Positions 30,236 through 40,426 of a stretch of DNA of 64,000 bases are shown here, one piece after another. How positions within the stretch are numbered: the first letter of the stretch is position 1; the number at the start of each line of letters is the position of its first letter. Where the stretch lies: assembly GCA_965197585.1 (NCBI GenBank), contig OZ240215.1, forward strand, positions 3,136,001 through 3,200,000, read 5' to 3'. A program made the position numbers and the translations under genes. The notes below the pieces were generated by a model. The model was not told the origin of the DNA. It searched no databases and saw only the letters and a list, made by a program, of their open reading frames with translations. Origin of the DNA: Dehalococcoidia bacterium. GTDB lineage: Bacteria > Chloroflexota > Dehalococcoidia > Plut-88900.

Positions 30236-30444
30236 ATTCCTGCGGAGGCAGGAATCCAGAGGTGGGTATTCCGTTCGCCCTGAGCGGAGTCGAAGGGTCT
30301 CAAGAACGGAATGGGTGGGGGGTCCGTCCCCCTCTTGTAGGCCATACAAAAACACACGCATTTCTTGATTTGGCAATTTTCTGGAGGCGGGGGGCGCTCC
30401 CTCCACTGCGATACAATACCCCCACCCCACCCAGGAGGCCCCAC

Positions 30445-31005
30445 ATGCCCGACGACACCCGCACCCGCTGCTTCGGCTCCCCCGACGACCCCCTAATGAT
30501 GTCCTACCACGACAACGAATGGGGCATCCCCGTCCACGACGACCGCAAGCAGTTCGAGTTCCTCTGCCTGGAGAGCATGCAGTCCGGCCTCTCCTGGAAG
30601 ACCATCCTCGACAAGCGAGAGAACTTCCGCAAAGCCTTCTCCAGCTTCGACCCCGTGAAGGTCGCCGCCTACACCGACGCCGACATCGAGCGCCTGATGT
30701 CCGACGCGGGCATCGTCCGCAACCGACGCAAAATTGAGGCCATCGTCAACAACGCCCGACGCTTCCTGGAGGTCCAGAAGGAGTTCGGCTCCTTCGACAA
30801 CTACATCTGGCAGTTCACGGGCCACGAGACCCTGCGTCGGGACTACGAACAGGTCCCCGCCCAGACCCCCGAGTCCGAGGCCCTCTCCAAGGACCTGAAA
30901 GTAAGAGGCTTCAAATTCATGGGCCCCATCGTCGTCTACTCCCACATGCAAGCTACCGGCCAGGTCAACGACCACCACCCCACCTGCTTCCGCGTGCCGA
31001 ATTAG
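30445..31005 (+). CDS. tag: DNA-3-methyladenine glycosylase I
   Basis: YHDNEWG, QSGLSW, GIVRNRRKI, GFKFMGP, NDH..C; AGGAGG RBS. Confidence 0.95.
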   Translation: MPDDTRTRCFGSPDDPLMMSYHDNEWGIPVHDDRKQFEFLCLESMQSGLSWKTILDKRENFRKAFSSFDPVKVAAYTDADIERLMSDAGIVRNRRKIEAIVNNARRFLEVQKEFGSFDNYIWQFTGHETLRRDYEQVPAQTPESEALSKDLKVRGFKFMGPIVVYSHMQATGQVNDHHPTCFRVPN

Positions 31006-31072
31006 TCGTAAATCGTTAAATGTTACAATGCCTGCCTTGTACCAATACTAGGGGCCTTGGGAGGAGTGCGAC

Positions 31073-32422
31073 ATGACCGGATACGATGATTATCGTGACG
31101 ATGATGCTGACGATGATATTGAACCCCTGAAGCTTCCCGAAGGCTTCGATACCCTTAAAGCCGAATGGGACACTTGGCCCGTTCGAAAGCTACGTGAGGA
31201 TATCTCAAGCGGAGCGATCGATCTGCAACCTGATTTCCAGCGTGAATATGTATGGAACTCGGAACGCGCGAGCCGGTATATTGAGTCCATTCTCCTAGGA
31301 TTCCCGACGCCGCCAGTATTTCTTGCTGAAGAACCAGATGGCCGATGGGTCGTTATCGATGGACATCAGAGGCTTGAGACTCTGTTTAGATATATGAAAC
31401 CACTTTTGGGATCAGATTTACCCGAGTCAATCAAAATGCTGGAGCCACTCCGTCTCAACCATCTTGAAGTGTTGCAGAACCTCAACAGTACATTGGTCAA
31501 CAAACTCGACATATCAAGACGAGAAGAGCTATGGAAAACAGACCTTCAAGTCGTGCTTTTGCCTAAAGAAGTCGACCCCGATATGAAATACTCTCTGTTT
31601 GCCAGACTCAATTTAGGGTCCATGAGCCTAAACCCACAGGAATTAAGGAACTGCATATATAGGGGGCGTTATAACAATTTCTTAAAACGCAGAAGCGAAT
31701 CGTTGGAGTTTTTGCAGCTTTGGAATCCAAGTAGACCAGAACCTGACAAAAGAATGAAGCATAGGGAGAGATTACTTCGATTCTATGCCATGCTTCATAG
31801 GAGGAGCCATTATAGGACTCCATTCAGGGTCTTCCTTAACGATGAAATGGAAGCGCACAAAGACTTTTCTTATGAAGAAGAGACTAGATTTAGCGAGGAA
31901 CTTCATACAGCAATAAAGTGGATCAAGAGGGTATTCGGTAAAGAAGCATTCTGCCGGTTCGAGATGGGCAATTCGGATAACCATCAAGGTAGATGGGTGC
32001 GGAATAGAATGGACGTATTGGCCGATGTCGAAATGGTTTGGTTTGCGGAAGTCGGAAATCAATTAGATGGAATCTGGGATAATGTCAGCGACATGGATCG
32101 GGAATTTCTCGTGAAGTCTCTTCGGCGCATTTCGATCAACGTCATGCTTCAGCCGAAGTTCCAAGATGCCCTTTCTAAGGATCGGACTAGGGCAACTAAT
32201 CTAGAGCAACGGTTCGATGCATGGTATAGAGCCATGAATGCAATAGTCAGGTACACCGAACGCGAGATCGACACTACAAAGGAGCTTTATCTGAAACTAG
32301 CCAATTCGGAGATATGCAACTATTGCCCCAACCGCATGGATATGGAAGATGCGTTGCTAAACAGCAAATTCCAGTTAGTCCACCGATACTGTCACCGACA
32401 TCCGCCACGGTCGACCGTCTAA
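31073..32422 (+). CDS. DUF262 (GmrS/ParB-like) domain protein
   Basis: PDFQREYVW, IDGHQRL, FARLN motifs; C-terminal CxxC...HxxC. Confidence 0.85.
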   Translation: MTGYDDYRDDDADDDIEPLKLPEGFDTLKAEWDTWPVRKLREDISSGAIDLQPDFQREYVWNSERASRYIESILLGFPTPPVFLAEEPDGRWVVIDGHQRLETLFRYMKPLLGSDLPESIKMLEPLRLNHLEVLQNLNSTLVNKLDISRREELWKTDLQVVLLPKEVDPDMKYSLFARLNLGSMSLNPQELRNCIYRGRYNNFLKRRSESLEFLQLWNPSRPEPDKRMKHRERLLRFYAMLHRRSHYRTPFRVFLNDEMEAHKDFSYEEETRFSEELHTAIKWIKRVFGKEAFCRFEMGNSDNHQGRWVRNRMDVLADVEMVWFAEVGNQLDGIWDNVSDMDREFLVKSLRRISINVMLQPKFQDALSKDRTRATNLEQRFDAWYRAMNAIVRYTEREIDTTKELYLKLANSEICNYCPNRMDMEDALLNSKFQLVHRYCHRHPPRSTV

Positions 32423-32782
32423 CTCCCCCTTCATCAGCCCCGGCACCCGAATCAACCTGCGCCCCACCGGGTCCACTGCGACGTTGAACAACTCCAAGGT
32501 CGTCGGACCAAGCAACGGTCCCACCCCCGACTCCCCGACCACCACTAACACCGTCCTTTCCCGGTCTCCCAGCCGGACCCTCGCTTCGCCTACTTCGTAT
32601 TCCACTGTCCGGTCATCAGCTGGTTGAAAGGGCACCGACTCCAGGCACTCGATGCCCAATGCCGTTGCCGTCTCCTCTGGAATGACGGTGTGCGTAGCGC
32701 CCGTGTCCACCAGCGCCTCGACATCGAGCCAGTTGCCTCCCTGAACGTCACCCACCTGTACATTTACTGAAAAAGTGCCCAT
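32375..32782 (-). CDS. clan AA (retropepsin-like) aspartyl protease
   Basis: ALVDTGATHT, LLG..TLE, VDPV. Confidence 0.85.
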   Translation of the reverse strand: MGTFSVNVQVGDVQGGNWLDVEALVDTGATHTVIPEETATALGIECLESVPFQPADDRTVEYEVGEARVRLGDRERTVLVVVGESGVGPLLGPTTLELFNVAVDPVGRRLIRVPGLMKGELDGRPWRMSVTVSVD

Positions 32783-32878
32783 ATATTTACCTCTCAGGCC
32801 ACAATCCTAACCCACCCCTCCCCACCCCCATCCCCCTGTGCTACCATTCCACCATCCCCGAACCCCGTGGAGGCCATT

Positions 32879-34072
32879 ATGCCCAGGAACTTGTACTTCT
32901 CGCAGGATGAATACGAACGCCGCTGGAAGGCTGTCTATGACTCGATGGCGGAGAAGGGCTACGAGACCGCCGTCATCTGGGGCAAGACCGCCGGCAACTA
33001 CGAACGCCACGGCGACCTCCTCTACCTGACCAACTACTACTCCAACCTCTCCGGCCACTCCCTGGACGTCGAGGGCCACCAGCAGGCCCGCTCCTACGGC
33101 GCGGTCATCCTCCACCGGGGCCAGGAGCCCGAGCTCATCATGGACATGCCCAGTTTCGACATGGACCAGCTCGCCGTCGATAATGCCGAGGGCCACACCG
33201 ACCCGATTTACGGCGTCACCCAAGCCCTCAAGAGGCTCGGCGTCGAGGGCCGCACCGCCCTTATCGGCACTGACTTCCTTCCCATGAAGTACGCCAAGCA
33301 GATGGAACAGCAGTCCCCTGCCATTGAGTGGGTCGGTGAGGACGAGCTTGTCCGAGAGGTCCGGCAGGTCAAGAGCGACGAGGAAGTCGAGCTATACCGC
33401 AACGCCGGTCAGACCATGACCGAGGCAATCTCCCGGCTCATGGAAGCCCTGGTCCAGGGCAAGACCGAGGCCGAGGCTGCCGCAGATGCTGCCTACGTGA
33501 TCACCAAGGCCGGGGGCCGCTTCCACATGATCCCCGTTTCCCACGGCGACTCCATCTACTATTTCACCCGCTCCCCCATCTCCGGCTTCAGCCTGGACGG
33601 CGCTGAGCCCGGAGACATGGTGCGCGGCTGGGTCTACGGCGCCGTCTACCAGGGCTACTGGATGGACCCCGGACGCACGGCCGTCGCTGGTCGGGCCCCG
33701 ACCCCCGAACAGCGTGACCTCACCGAAAATTGCTACGGCATCGTCGAAGGCATCATCAAGGCCATCAAACCCGGTGTACGCATCGACGAGGTCGTTAAGA
33801 TAGGCGTCGACCTGATGCAGAAGGTCGGCACCGAGGAAAACCAGCTCGCCGAGATGTTTCCCCTCTTTGGACACGGTATCGGCCTTTTCTGGGAGCGGCC
33901 CTCATTGAGGATCGGCCTGGAAACCGACGAAATCTTCCGAGAGAACATGACCTTCGGCATCGAGGCCTTCCTGTCGAAGGCCGGAGTCGGCGTCGCCGGC
34001 TACGAAGACAACATCCTCGTAACCGCCAACGGCGCCGAGATCCTAACCCCCGCCCCCAACTTCTGGTGGTAG
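32879..34072 (+). CDS. M24 (Xaa-Pro peptidase/creatinase) family protein
   Basis: VKSDEE, GYWMDPGRT, GHGIG, YEDNILVT. Confidence 0.85.
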   Translation: MPRNLYFSQDEYERRWKAVYDSMAEKGYETAVIWGKTAGNYERHGDLLYLTNYYSNLSGHSLDVEGHQQARSYGAVILHRGQEPELIMDMPSFDMDQLAVDNAEGHTDPIYGVTQALKRLGVEGRTALIGTDFLPMKYAKQMEQQSPAIEWVGEDELVREVRQVKSDEEVELYRNAGQTMTEAISRLMEALVQGKTEAEAAADAAYVITKAGGRFHMIPVSHGDSIYYFTRSPISGFSLDGAEPGDMVRGWVYGAVYQGYWMDPGRTAVAGRAPTPEQRDLTENCYGIVEGIIKAIKPGVRIDEVVKIGVDLMQKVGTEENQLAEMFPLFGHGIGLFWERPSLRIGLETDEIFRENMTFGIEAFLSKAGVGVAGYEDNILVTANGAEILTPAPNFWW

Positions 34073-34311
34073 CCCCCACCCCACTGTTGACCTGGTCATG
34101 GGGTTCCGCTCACCCTGAGGCACTCGAAGGGTCGAGCGGGGGGTGTCCAGTCCCCTCTCCCTCGATGGGAGAGGGCTAGAGCCTGCCCCGAGTCCCCCCG
34201 AGGGGGTGAGGGTGACCTTCCCTCTTGACGAAGCCGCGCAAGCGAGGGGAACGGGACACCCCCTATCCCAATAGCCCCCCACCCCTCGCCCTTGATATAA
34301 TATTGGTTCAT

Positions 34312-34388
34312 GGGCCATTAGCTCAGGTGGTTAGAGCGCAGTCCTGATAAGACTGAGGTCCCTGGTTCGAGTCCAGGATGGCCCACCA
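34312..34388 (+). tRNA. tRNA-Ile(GAT)
   Basis: Full cloverleaf, anticodon loop CTGATAA, TTCGAG T-loop, ends ACCA; TATAAT just upstream. Confidence 0.97.
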
Positions 34389-34459
34389 CCCCCCGACAAA
34401 ATCGAGCACTTTCGCCTTGGGGTTCGTTCTGAATGAGTTAACTCAGGCAGAGATATGCA

Positions 34460-35476
34460 ATGGGAGCGTTCTTAACTAGTTCAATGTCGATAGCGGGACA
34501 CCTTGGGGAGTTGATAGGCTACAAGGCCGGCCTTGCTCTCACTCGCGAGGAGCTCGCGGAACATCTCATTGATACACCGGATATCCGGGACGCTGTCCTT
34601 GTGACAGAGGACCAGTGGATACGTATCCGATCCGAGGAGTACGAAGCAGCTGTTAGTGGGCTTCTGTACCGGGTTGGAAATATTCCAACTGCGCATCCAT
34701 CGTCACCCGTCCTTGCCGTTTACCGTCGCTTCGAGCATGATCCGGCCCACAGCAAGGTTCTTGAAGAGGTCCTAACTCGTTGCGTGGAACTGCTCAACGA
34801 TGGGATCGACAAAACCTCGCAAGGAGCACCTCTCAATCCATCCCAGCTCCTTGAGACTGTCGATACTGAATTCGGTCTTCCAGGGCTAAACATCGCCAGT
34901 GCGCTGATCGACGAGCTTGTCCTTCATATGCATATCTCACCTTGGATGCCCCGGCGATGGTTCAATTGGGATGACACGGTTCAGCTGCGCGATCTGTTCC
35001 TGAGCGAGAGCTTGGAGACGCAGTACGGGACGTTTTTCGATCAGCGCTTCGTCGACTACTTGGCTCGGAACTTTCCGCGGATTGACGAAATCAATTGGCG
35101 AAAGTTTGAAGGACTAGTAGGAGAGTTCTTTGAGCACGCTGGCTTCCGAGTTGAGATGGGACCTGGTCGAGGAGACGGCGGCGTTGATATCCGGGTGTGG
35201 GCTCCAGAGGATGAGGTCGCGAAACCACCCCTGGTTCTCGTACAGTGCAAGCGTCAGCAAGAGAAGGTCGCCCAGGTGGTCGTAAAGGCTCTTTGGGCGG
35301 ATGTCTCGAACGAGCGGGCACAGTCGGGGCTCATCGTTACGACGAGTGCATTGGCGCCTAGCACTGAAACTGTTAGGAAAGCCCGTGGATACCCTATTGC
35401 TGCAGCGGAAAGGGGAACGCTTCAGGACTGGATAGAACAGCTACGGTCACCCGGATCCGGAACGTTCATGGCATGA
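34460..35476 (+). CDS. Mrr-like restriction endonuclease domain protein
   Basis: FEGLVGE, DGGVDI, VQCKR, IVTTS in the C-terminal domain. Confidence 0.85.
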   Translation: MGAFLTSSMSIAGHLGELIGYKAGLALTREELAEHLIDTPDIRDAVLVTEDQWIRIRSEEYEAAVSGLLYRVGNIPTAHPSSPVLAVYRRFEHDPAHSKVLEEVLTRCVELLNDGIDKTSQGAPLNPSQLLETVDTEFGLPGLNIASALIDELVLHMHISPWMPRRWFNWDDTVQLRDLFLSESLETQYGTFFDQRFVDYLARNFPRIDEINWRKFEGLVGEFFEHAGFRVEMGPGRGDGGVDIRVWAPEDEVAKPPLVLVQCKRQQEKVAQVVVKALWADVSNERAQSGLIVTTSALAPSTETVRKARGYPIAAAERGTLQDWIEQLRSPGSGTFMA

Positions 35477-35528
35477 ACTTGTAGACACCATTGGTGGATG
35501 GTATCCCCCCTCCACCCCCCCACCCCCC

Positions 35529-36389
35529 ATGCCCATCCACCTAACCCCCCTCGACAACAACTTCGCCTTCGAAGTCCAGGGCCTCGACATCTGGTCGGGC
35601 CTCGACGACGCGCAAGTGCGGTCACTCGATGATGCATGGGCCAATCAAGGAGTGCTGGTGTTCCGTCGCCAGTCGCTTTCGGAAGAGGAACTGGTCACCT
35701 TCAGCAGCTGCTTCGGCACACCCGATGTCATCGTCCGCACCGATTGGGCGTCCAAGGGTCGCCCCGAGGTCACGCAGATCTCAAATATGCGCAACGCCGA
35801 TGGCAAAACCATTGGTGGTCTCGGGTCGGGAGAACTCCATTGGCACACCGACCAAGCCTACATGGCAGAGCCGGCCACGGGCGCCATCCTCTATGGCGTC
35901 GAGGTGCCTGAGGACGGGCCGCACACCTATTGGGCCAACCTGCACCTTGCCTACGAAGCGCTCCCGCAAGAGACCAGGGCGCGGATCGCCGGCCGAAGCG
36001 CTATCTTCAGATACGGCGAACGATACAAGGACTACAAAGACGAGAGCGTGCCCAGCGAAGAAATCCTGGCTCGGACGCCCGACGTAACCCACCCGCTGGT
36101 GCACTCCCATCCGACAACCGGCGTCAAGACCCTTTACCTTGACCCGTCGACCATGGTCGGGATTGAAGGCATGGACGAGGCGGAAGGCCGGGCGTTGCTC
36201 GACGAACTGATCGAACACGCCACACGGCCCGAGTTCGTCTACCGCCACGACTGGCGTCCGGGCGACCTTATCATGTGGGACAACGGCTTCCTGCTGCATC
36301 GCCGGGACGCCTTCCGCACCGATCAGAACCGCCTCCTCAAGCGCACGACGATCCGGCTTTCGCCTGACCGGCACATCATCCCCTGCTAA
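35529..36389 (+). CDS. TauD/TfdA family 2-oxoglutarate dioxygenase
   Basis: WHTD, HPLV..HP, WDN...LHRR, R motifs. Confidence 0.92.
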   Translation: MPIHLTPLDNNFAFEVQGLDIWSGLDDAQVRSLDDAWANQGVLVFRRQSLSEEELVTFSSCFGTPDVIVRTDWASKGRPEVTQISNMRNADGKTIGGLGSGELHWHTDQAYMAEPATGAILYGVEVPEDGPHTYWANLHLAYEALPQETRARIAGRSAIFRYGERYKDYKDESVPSEEILARTPDVTHPLVHSHPTTGVKTLYLDPSTMVGIEGMDEAEGRALLDELIEHATRPEFVYRHDWRPGDLIMWDNGFLLHRRDAFRTDQNRLLKRTTIRLSPDRHIIPC

Positions 36390-36431
36390 GGGCACAAAAA
36401 GCCGCCTAAATGTCCGCCGGGGAGCAATGAC

Positions 36432-37031
36432 ATGCGCAGAAACAGGTGGGGAATAGAAGGACCGCCCGATGAAGCGTACTCCCGAGTAACCAACCCCGAA
36501 CGCTTCCAACCTCTTCACGCCGCAGCGACGGAGTTGCTCGACCGGCTGAAACGAGAGTTCGCGGTCGAACGATTAGATGTGCACGATGTGGACGACGAAC
36601 TGGCCAGGATAAAATTTGCTCGTCCTCCCGTAAGACTCGTCCCGCATGACCCGCAAGCTGCGCCAATTGTTGTGGCGTTCACTGATTTTCCGGGGCTGCA
36701 TTTGAGGTTCGGCTCCTGGCGCACCGAGCCATTCCCCAACTGTGGCTGCGACGCCTGCGACGAAACAGCCGACGGCTCTATCGAGGATATGACCAAGATG
36801 GTGGAATCAGTCGTCTCCGGCGGGTTCTGCGAGTCGATACAGGTGCCTCTGCTTCTGGGCAGCGGTTGGCAGGAATCAGAGTTCCGCTTTAACGATGCCC
36901 ACAACGGATCTAGCCGCTCTCGAGGCCGCATCCCGCGCTCCCGCGCCCTCGAGATGACGGGAGGCGAACGCCACGTGACCCTGGACTGGAAGCCCTGGCC
37001 CCGACGCAACACAACCGCCAAGCCACCCTAG
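36432..37031 (+). CDS. DUF6226-like hypothetical protein
   Basis: GPPDEAYSRVTNPERF.PLH and P.CGCDACDE motifs. Confidence 0.7.
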   Translation: MRRNRWGIEGPPDEAYSRVTNPERFQPLHAAATELLDRLKREFAVERLDVHDVDDELARIKFARPPVRLVPHDPQAAPIVVAFTDFPGLHLRFGSWRTEPFPNCGCDACDETADGSIEDMTKMVESVVSGGFCESIQVPLLLGSGWQESEFRFNDAHNGSSRSRGRIPRSRALEMTGGERHVTLDWKPWPRRNTTAKPP

Positions 37032-37077
37032 CCCAGCAGAGGGTGCCCAACCCCCAGTTCTTGAACCCAGCGGTCTC

Positions 37078-37866
37078 CTAACGGCCCTTGAACTGGGGCG
37101 GACGCTTCTCCAGCCAGGCCCGCACACCTTCCTGAACGTCCTCGCTCTGGGCGGCGATGACACTGATCACGTCTTCCAGTCGGCCCGCCTCCCGGATTCC
37201 GTCCAGCAGACTTCTATAGGAGACCTCTTTGATCCCCCGGACTGCCAGGGGCCCGTTGCTGTTGATTTTCCGGGCCATCTCCTCTGCCCTGCTCATAAGC
37301 TGGTCATGAGGCACGACGTGGTTCACGAACCCCCACTGTTCGGCCTGTTGAGCCGTGACATGATTTCCGGTGAGCAGAAACTCCAGGGCCCTGCCAAAGG
37401 ACATGTGGGCCCTGGCCCTCACGGTGCCCCACCAGGTGGTAACTATCCCCAGCTCCACCTCCGGCAGACCGAATACCGCTCTCTCCGACGCAATACGTAT
37501 GTCGCAGTCCATTGCGAAGACCACCCCACCCCCCATAACCCAACCGTTGATGGCCGCGATGATCGGTTTCCAGACACCCAGCTCCTCCGAGGGGCGCAGC
37601 GGCCTCGGATCGCCGCCAAAGGGGTTGCCGCCACGGGTGCCGCTATCGTGACCGGACCTCATCTCCTTGAGGTCGGCCCCCGAGCAGAATGACCTGTCCC
37701 CGGCACCCGTAAGAATCGCCGTCCAGGCGTCGTCATCGTCTCGAAATCGCTCCCAAACTTCGTTCCACATCCGGGACATCTCATTGTTGATTGCGTTGAG
37801 AGAACGGGGCCTGTTCAGGGTCACGTATGCGATCTTGTCTCTCACTTCGTATTCGATAACGGCCAT
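37078..37866 (-). CDS. enoyl-CoA hydratase/isomerase
   Basis: FCSGADL, KPIIAAING..MGGG, FGLPE. Confidence 0.92.
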   Translation of the reverse strand: MAVIEYEVRDKIAYVTLNRPRSLNAINNEMSRMWNEVWERFRDDDDAWTAILTGAGDRSFCSGADLKEMRSGHDSGTRGGNPFGGDPRPLRPSEELGVWKPIIAAINGWVMGGGVVFAMDCDIRIASERAVFGLPEVELGIVTTWWGTVRARAHMSFGRALEFLLTGNHVTAQQAEQWGFVNHVVPHDQLMSRAEEMARKINSNGPLAVRGIKEVSYRSLLDGIREAGRLEDVISVIAAQSEDVQEGVRAWLEKRPPQFKGR

Positions 37867-37875
37867 AGGTTCCTC

Positions 37876-39351
37876 CTAGGGGTAGTAGAGCCTTTCGGCT
37901 GCCTTCTGGAGGTCAGCCCTGAAGTCTGGATGGGCGACGGCTATCAGCTCCCGAGCCCTCTCCCGGATAGATTTACCAAGGAGCTGAGCTACGCCGTACT
38001 CGGTCACTATGGTATCGGCGAAGGTGCGAGGCACGGTTACCGCCTCCCCCTCCGGGTGCTGAGGCACGATGCGCGACACGGTCCCTCGTGCCGCCGTCGA
38101 CCGCAGAAGCGTGATGGCCCTGCCGCCCTTCGATATAACGGCGCCCATGTGAAGCTCCGGTTGGCCGCCGGTCCCGTTCCACTGGCGGCCTCCAATGGTC
38201 TCCGAGTTGATCTGCCCGGAGAAGTCTATGGAAATGGCGTTGTTCATGGCAATGTAGTTGTCGTGGGAAGAGACGGTGTTGATGCTGACCACGTACTCTG
38301 CGTCTCGCAGCTCTATGAGGGGGTTGTTGTGGGCGAAGGGGACCTCTTTGGGATCGCTGCCGGTCAGTGCGGTGAACACTGCAACACCGGTATTCACGTT
38401 CTTGCGTTCGCTGGTGATGACTCCCCTTTCGATAAGCCTTAGTATGCCGGGGGCCGTCATCTCCGAATGCCAGCCGAGGTCCCGCTTATCATCGAAGGTC
38501 CCGAGGCCGGGCAGATAGGCGCTCGGGGTGCCGACCCCGATCTGGATGGTATCCCCATCCCTGACCAGCTCAGCTACGTACTGTGCTATCTTCCTGTCTT
38601 CCTCACTCGGCTGCTCCGCGTGAGCCAGGAGCCTGGCGAACTCCTGTACCTGTTTGACGGTTCCGCCGACCAGATTGGGCAGATATTCGTACCTGGCGCT
38701 TCCACTCAACAGGGGCAGCAACTGTTCCAGTTCCGCTCGAAGAAGGGGGTTCTCCACGCTGGAGACCAGCTCCTCCGATTCTTCGATAGACAGCTCGGGA
38801 TGCGTGTGCTCGACGAAGCGATCGATTTCAGAGACGTGTATGTAGTTGTCCCCATAGGTGCGGATGAGAGTGTCGTCCACCTGTGCAAGGACTATCCGAG
38901 CGTGTTTGGCAAAGCTCCGCTTGTTCCACAGGGCCTTGCCGAAGCTGCAGAACCCCTGGTCGTCGGGGGGTGAGCAGGACACCAGGGTTACGTCTAGCCT
39001 CGGGCCTCTGTTGGGCTCTCTATACGGCTGTATGTCCGTTGTAAAGATTACGGGAGCAAAATCTATACGGTGCTCGTAGTAGGCCGGCCGAGCCACAGAA
39101 CCCAGGAACATGGAGGGACTGTACCTGAACGACCCCTCGAAGTCGGGATGCAGCCAGCCCGGGTCGTAGTGTGGGGCAACATCGAATATCCGCAAATCAT
39201 CCAGCTGCTCGTGGTGTGCGACCAGGGCATCCATCAGAAGGGTGGGCTTGGGGTCCAGGCTGATCGCCACGTTGTCGCCCGGGCTGACCATCGCCACCGC
39301 CTCGTCCACGCTGACCATGTTGCGCTTATAGTGCTCTTTCCAGCCCATCAA
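37876..39351 (-). CDS. acetyl-CoA hydrolase / 4-hydroxybutyrate CoA-transferase family
   Basis: SPPD..GFCSFG, DGDTIQIGVG, HSEM, GTGGQ, VTEYGVA, IAVAHPDFR. Confidence 0.9.
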   Translation of the reverse strand: MMGWKEHYKRNMVSVDEAVAMVSPGDNVAISLDPKPTLLMDALVAHHEQLDDLRIFDVAPHYDPGWLHPDFEGSFRYSPSMFLGSVARPAYYEHRIDFAPVIFTTDIQPYREPNRGPRLDVTLVSCSPPDDQGFCSFGKALWNKRSFAKHARIVLAQVDDTLIRTYGDNYIHVSEIDRFVEHTHPELSIEESEELVSSVENPLLRAELEQLLPLLSGSARYEYLPNLVGGTVKQVQEFARLLAHAEQPSEEDRKIAQYVAELVRDGDTIQIGVGTPSAYLPGLGTFDDKRDLGWHSEMTAPGILRLIERGVITSERKNVNTGVAVFTALTGSDPKEVPFAHNNPLIELRDAEYVVSINTVSSHDNYIAMNNAISIDFSGQINSETIGGRQWNGTGGQPELHMGAVISKGGRAITLLRSTAARGTVSRIVPQHPEGEAVTVPRTFADTIVTEYGVAQLLGKSIRERARELIAVAHPDFRADLQKAAERLYYP

Positions 39352-39763
39352 ACCATGCTCGCTCCCGAACAGACCGCCAGAATGCAGCGTAGCCTAAGTT
39401 GGCCGGGCAAGCACAGTCAAGGAGCCAAACGCTCAACCCCCACCCCGTCATTCCTGCGCCGAGCCAGGAATCCATCCCCGGAGGAGGGGACGGGGCGGGG
39501 TGGCGTCCTACCCCCTCTCCCTCCGATGGGAGAGGGTTGGGGTGAGGGTGATCCCCCCATCCCCAAGGAGGGGCCGCTCACCCTGAGCACCGTCGAAGGG
39601 TCGAGCGTGGGGCGGCCCACCTCCGCCATTCCGTCGCGTCCGCACTCCCCCCAAACCCCTCAACAGTCCGCGTGATAAGCTTGCCGCGAACACACACCAG
39701 GTGATTTGGAAGCCCGAGATCCAATCGCCTCCCGACGGTCACAGCCATATAAGGAGACCTCTA

Positions 39764-40120
39764 ATGAGCCAAGGGAAGATATTCAACTGGGACAACGTCG
39801 AACCGTGGCCTTCCGACGATCGCTATCCGGGGATATCCGTAAAGGTGGTGGATGGCAAGAACATGCAACTAGTATGGGCCGAGTTCCAGCCCGGCTCCAC
39901 CTACCCCCTCCACGCCCATGAGCGGGAACAGTTCAGCTTCATGGTGAGCGGCCGGATGCGCCTCACCGTCGGGGAAGAAGTAACGGAAATCGGACCCGGA
40001 GACATGTGGCATGCCCCGGGCAACGTGGTCCATGGTGGGGAAATCCTGGGGAACGAGCCCGTGGTCTTCGTCGATGTCTACTCGCCCCCCGCCGAGGAGT
40101 TCAAAAAAGACGGGGAGTAA
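39764..40120 (+). CDS. cupin domain protein
   Basis: PLHAHEREQ...PGNVVHG; AAGGAG RBS before ATG 39764. Confidence 0.88.
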   Translation: MSQGKIFNWDNVEPWPSDDRYPGISVKVVDGKNMQLVWAEFQPGSTYPLHAHEREQFSFMVSGRMRLTVGEEVTEIGPGDMWHAPGNVVHGGEILGNEPVVFVDVYSPPAEEFKKDGE

Positions 40121-40352
40121 CCGCCCGACTGCCTCCAACAGGAAATACCCACCCGTCCCACCCGTCATTCCGGCCCCCCGAGCCGGAATCCATCCCCAAG
40201 GGTAGGGAATTCCGTTCGCCCTGAGCGGAGTCGAAGGGTCTCAAGAGCGGAATGTGGCGGGGTGTCCTGTCCCCTCTCCCTTGAGGGGAGAGGGCTAGGG
40301 TGAGGGTGCATCCCCCAACGATCCCACATCCCCTGCTATAATTTCACCGACC

Positions 40353-40426
40353 AGCCCATCAGCTCACGCGGTTAGAGCGCAGTCCTGATAAGACTGAGGC
40401 CCGTGGTTCGAGTCCAGGATGGCCTA
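40353..40426 (+). pseudogene. degenerate copy of tRNA-Ile(GAT)
   Basis: Near full-length copy of 34312-34385 with C-C mismatch in acceptor stem, U8 to C, T-stem mismatch, no CCA. Confidence 0.85.

Noticed and set aside
34388-40426. Classical integrase-driven genomic island between tRNA-Ile and its copy
   Set aside because: No integrase, and the repeat includes the whole tRNA plus a tauD fragment beyond it; better described as a duplicated module.
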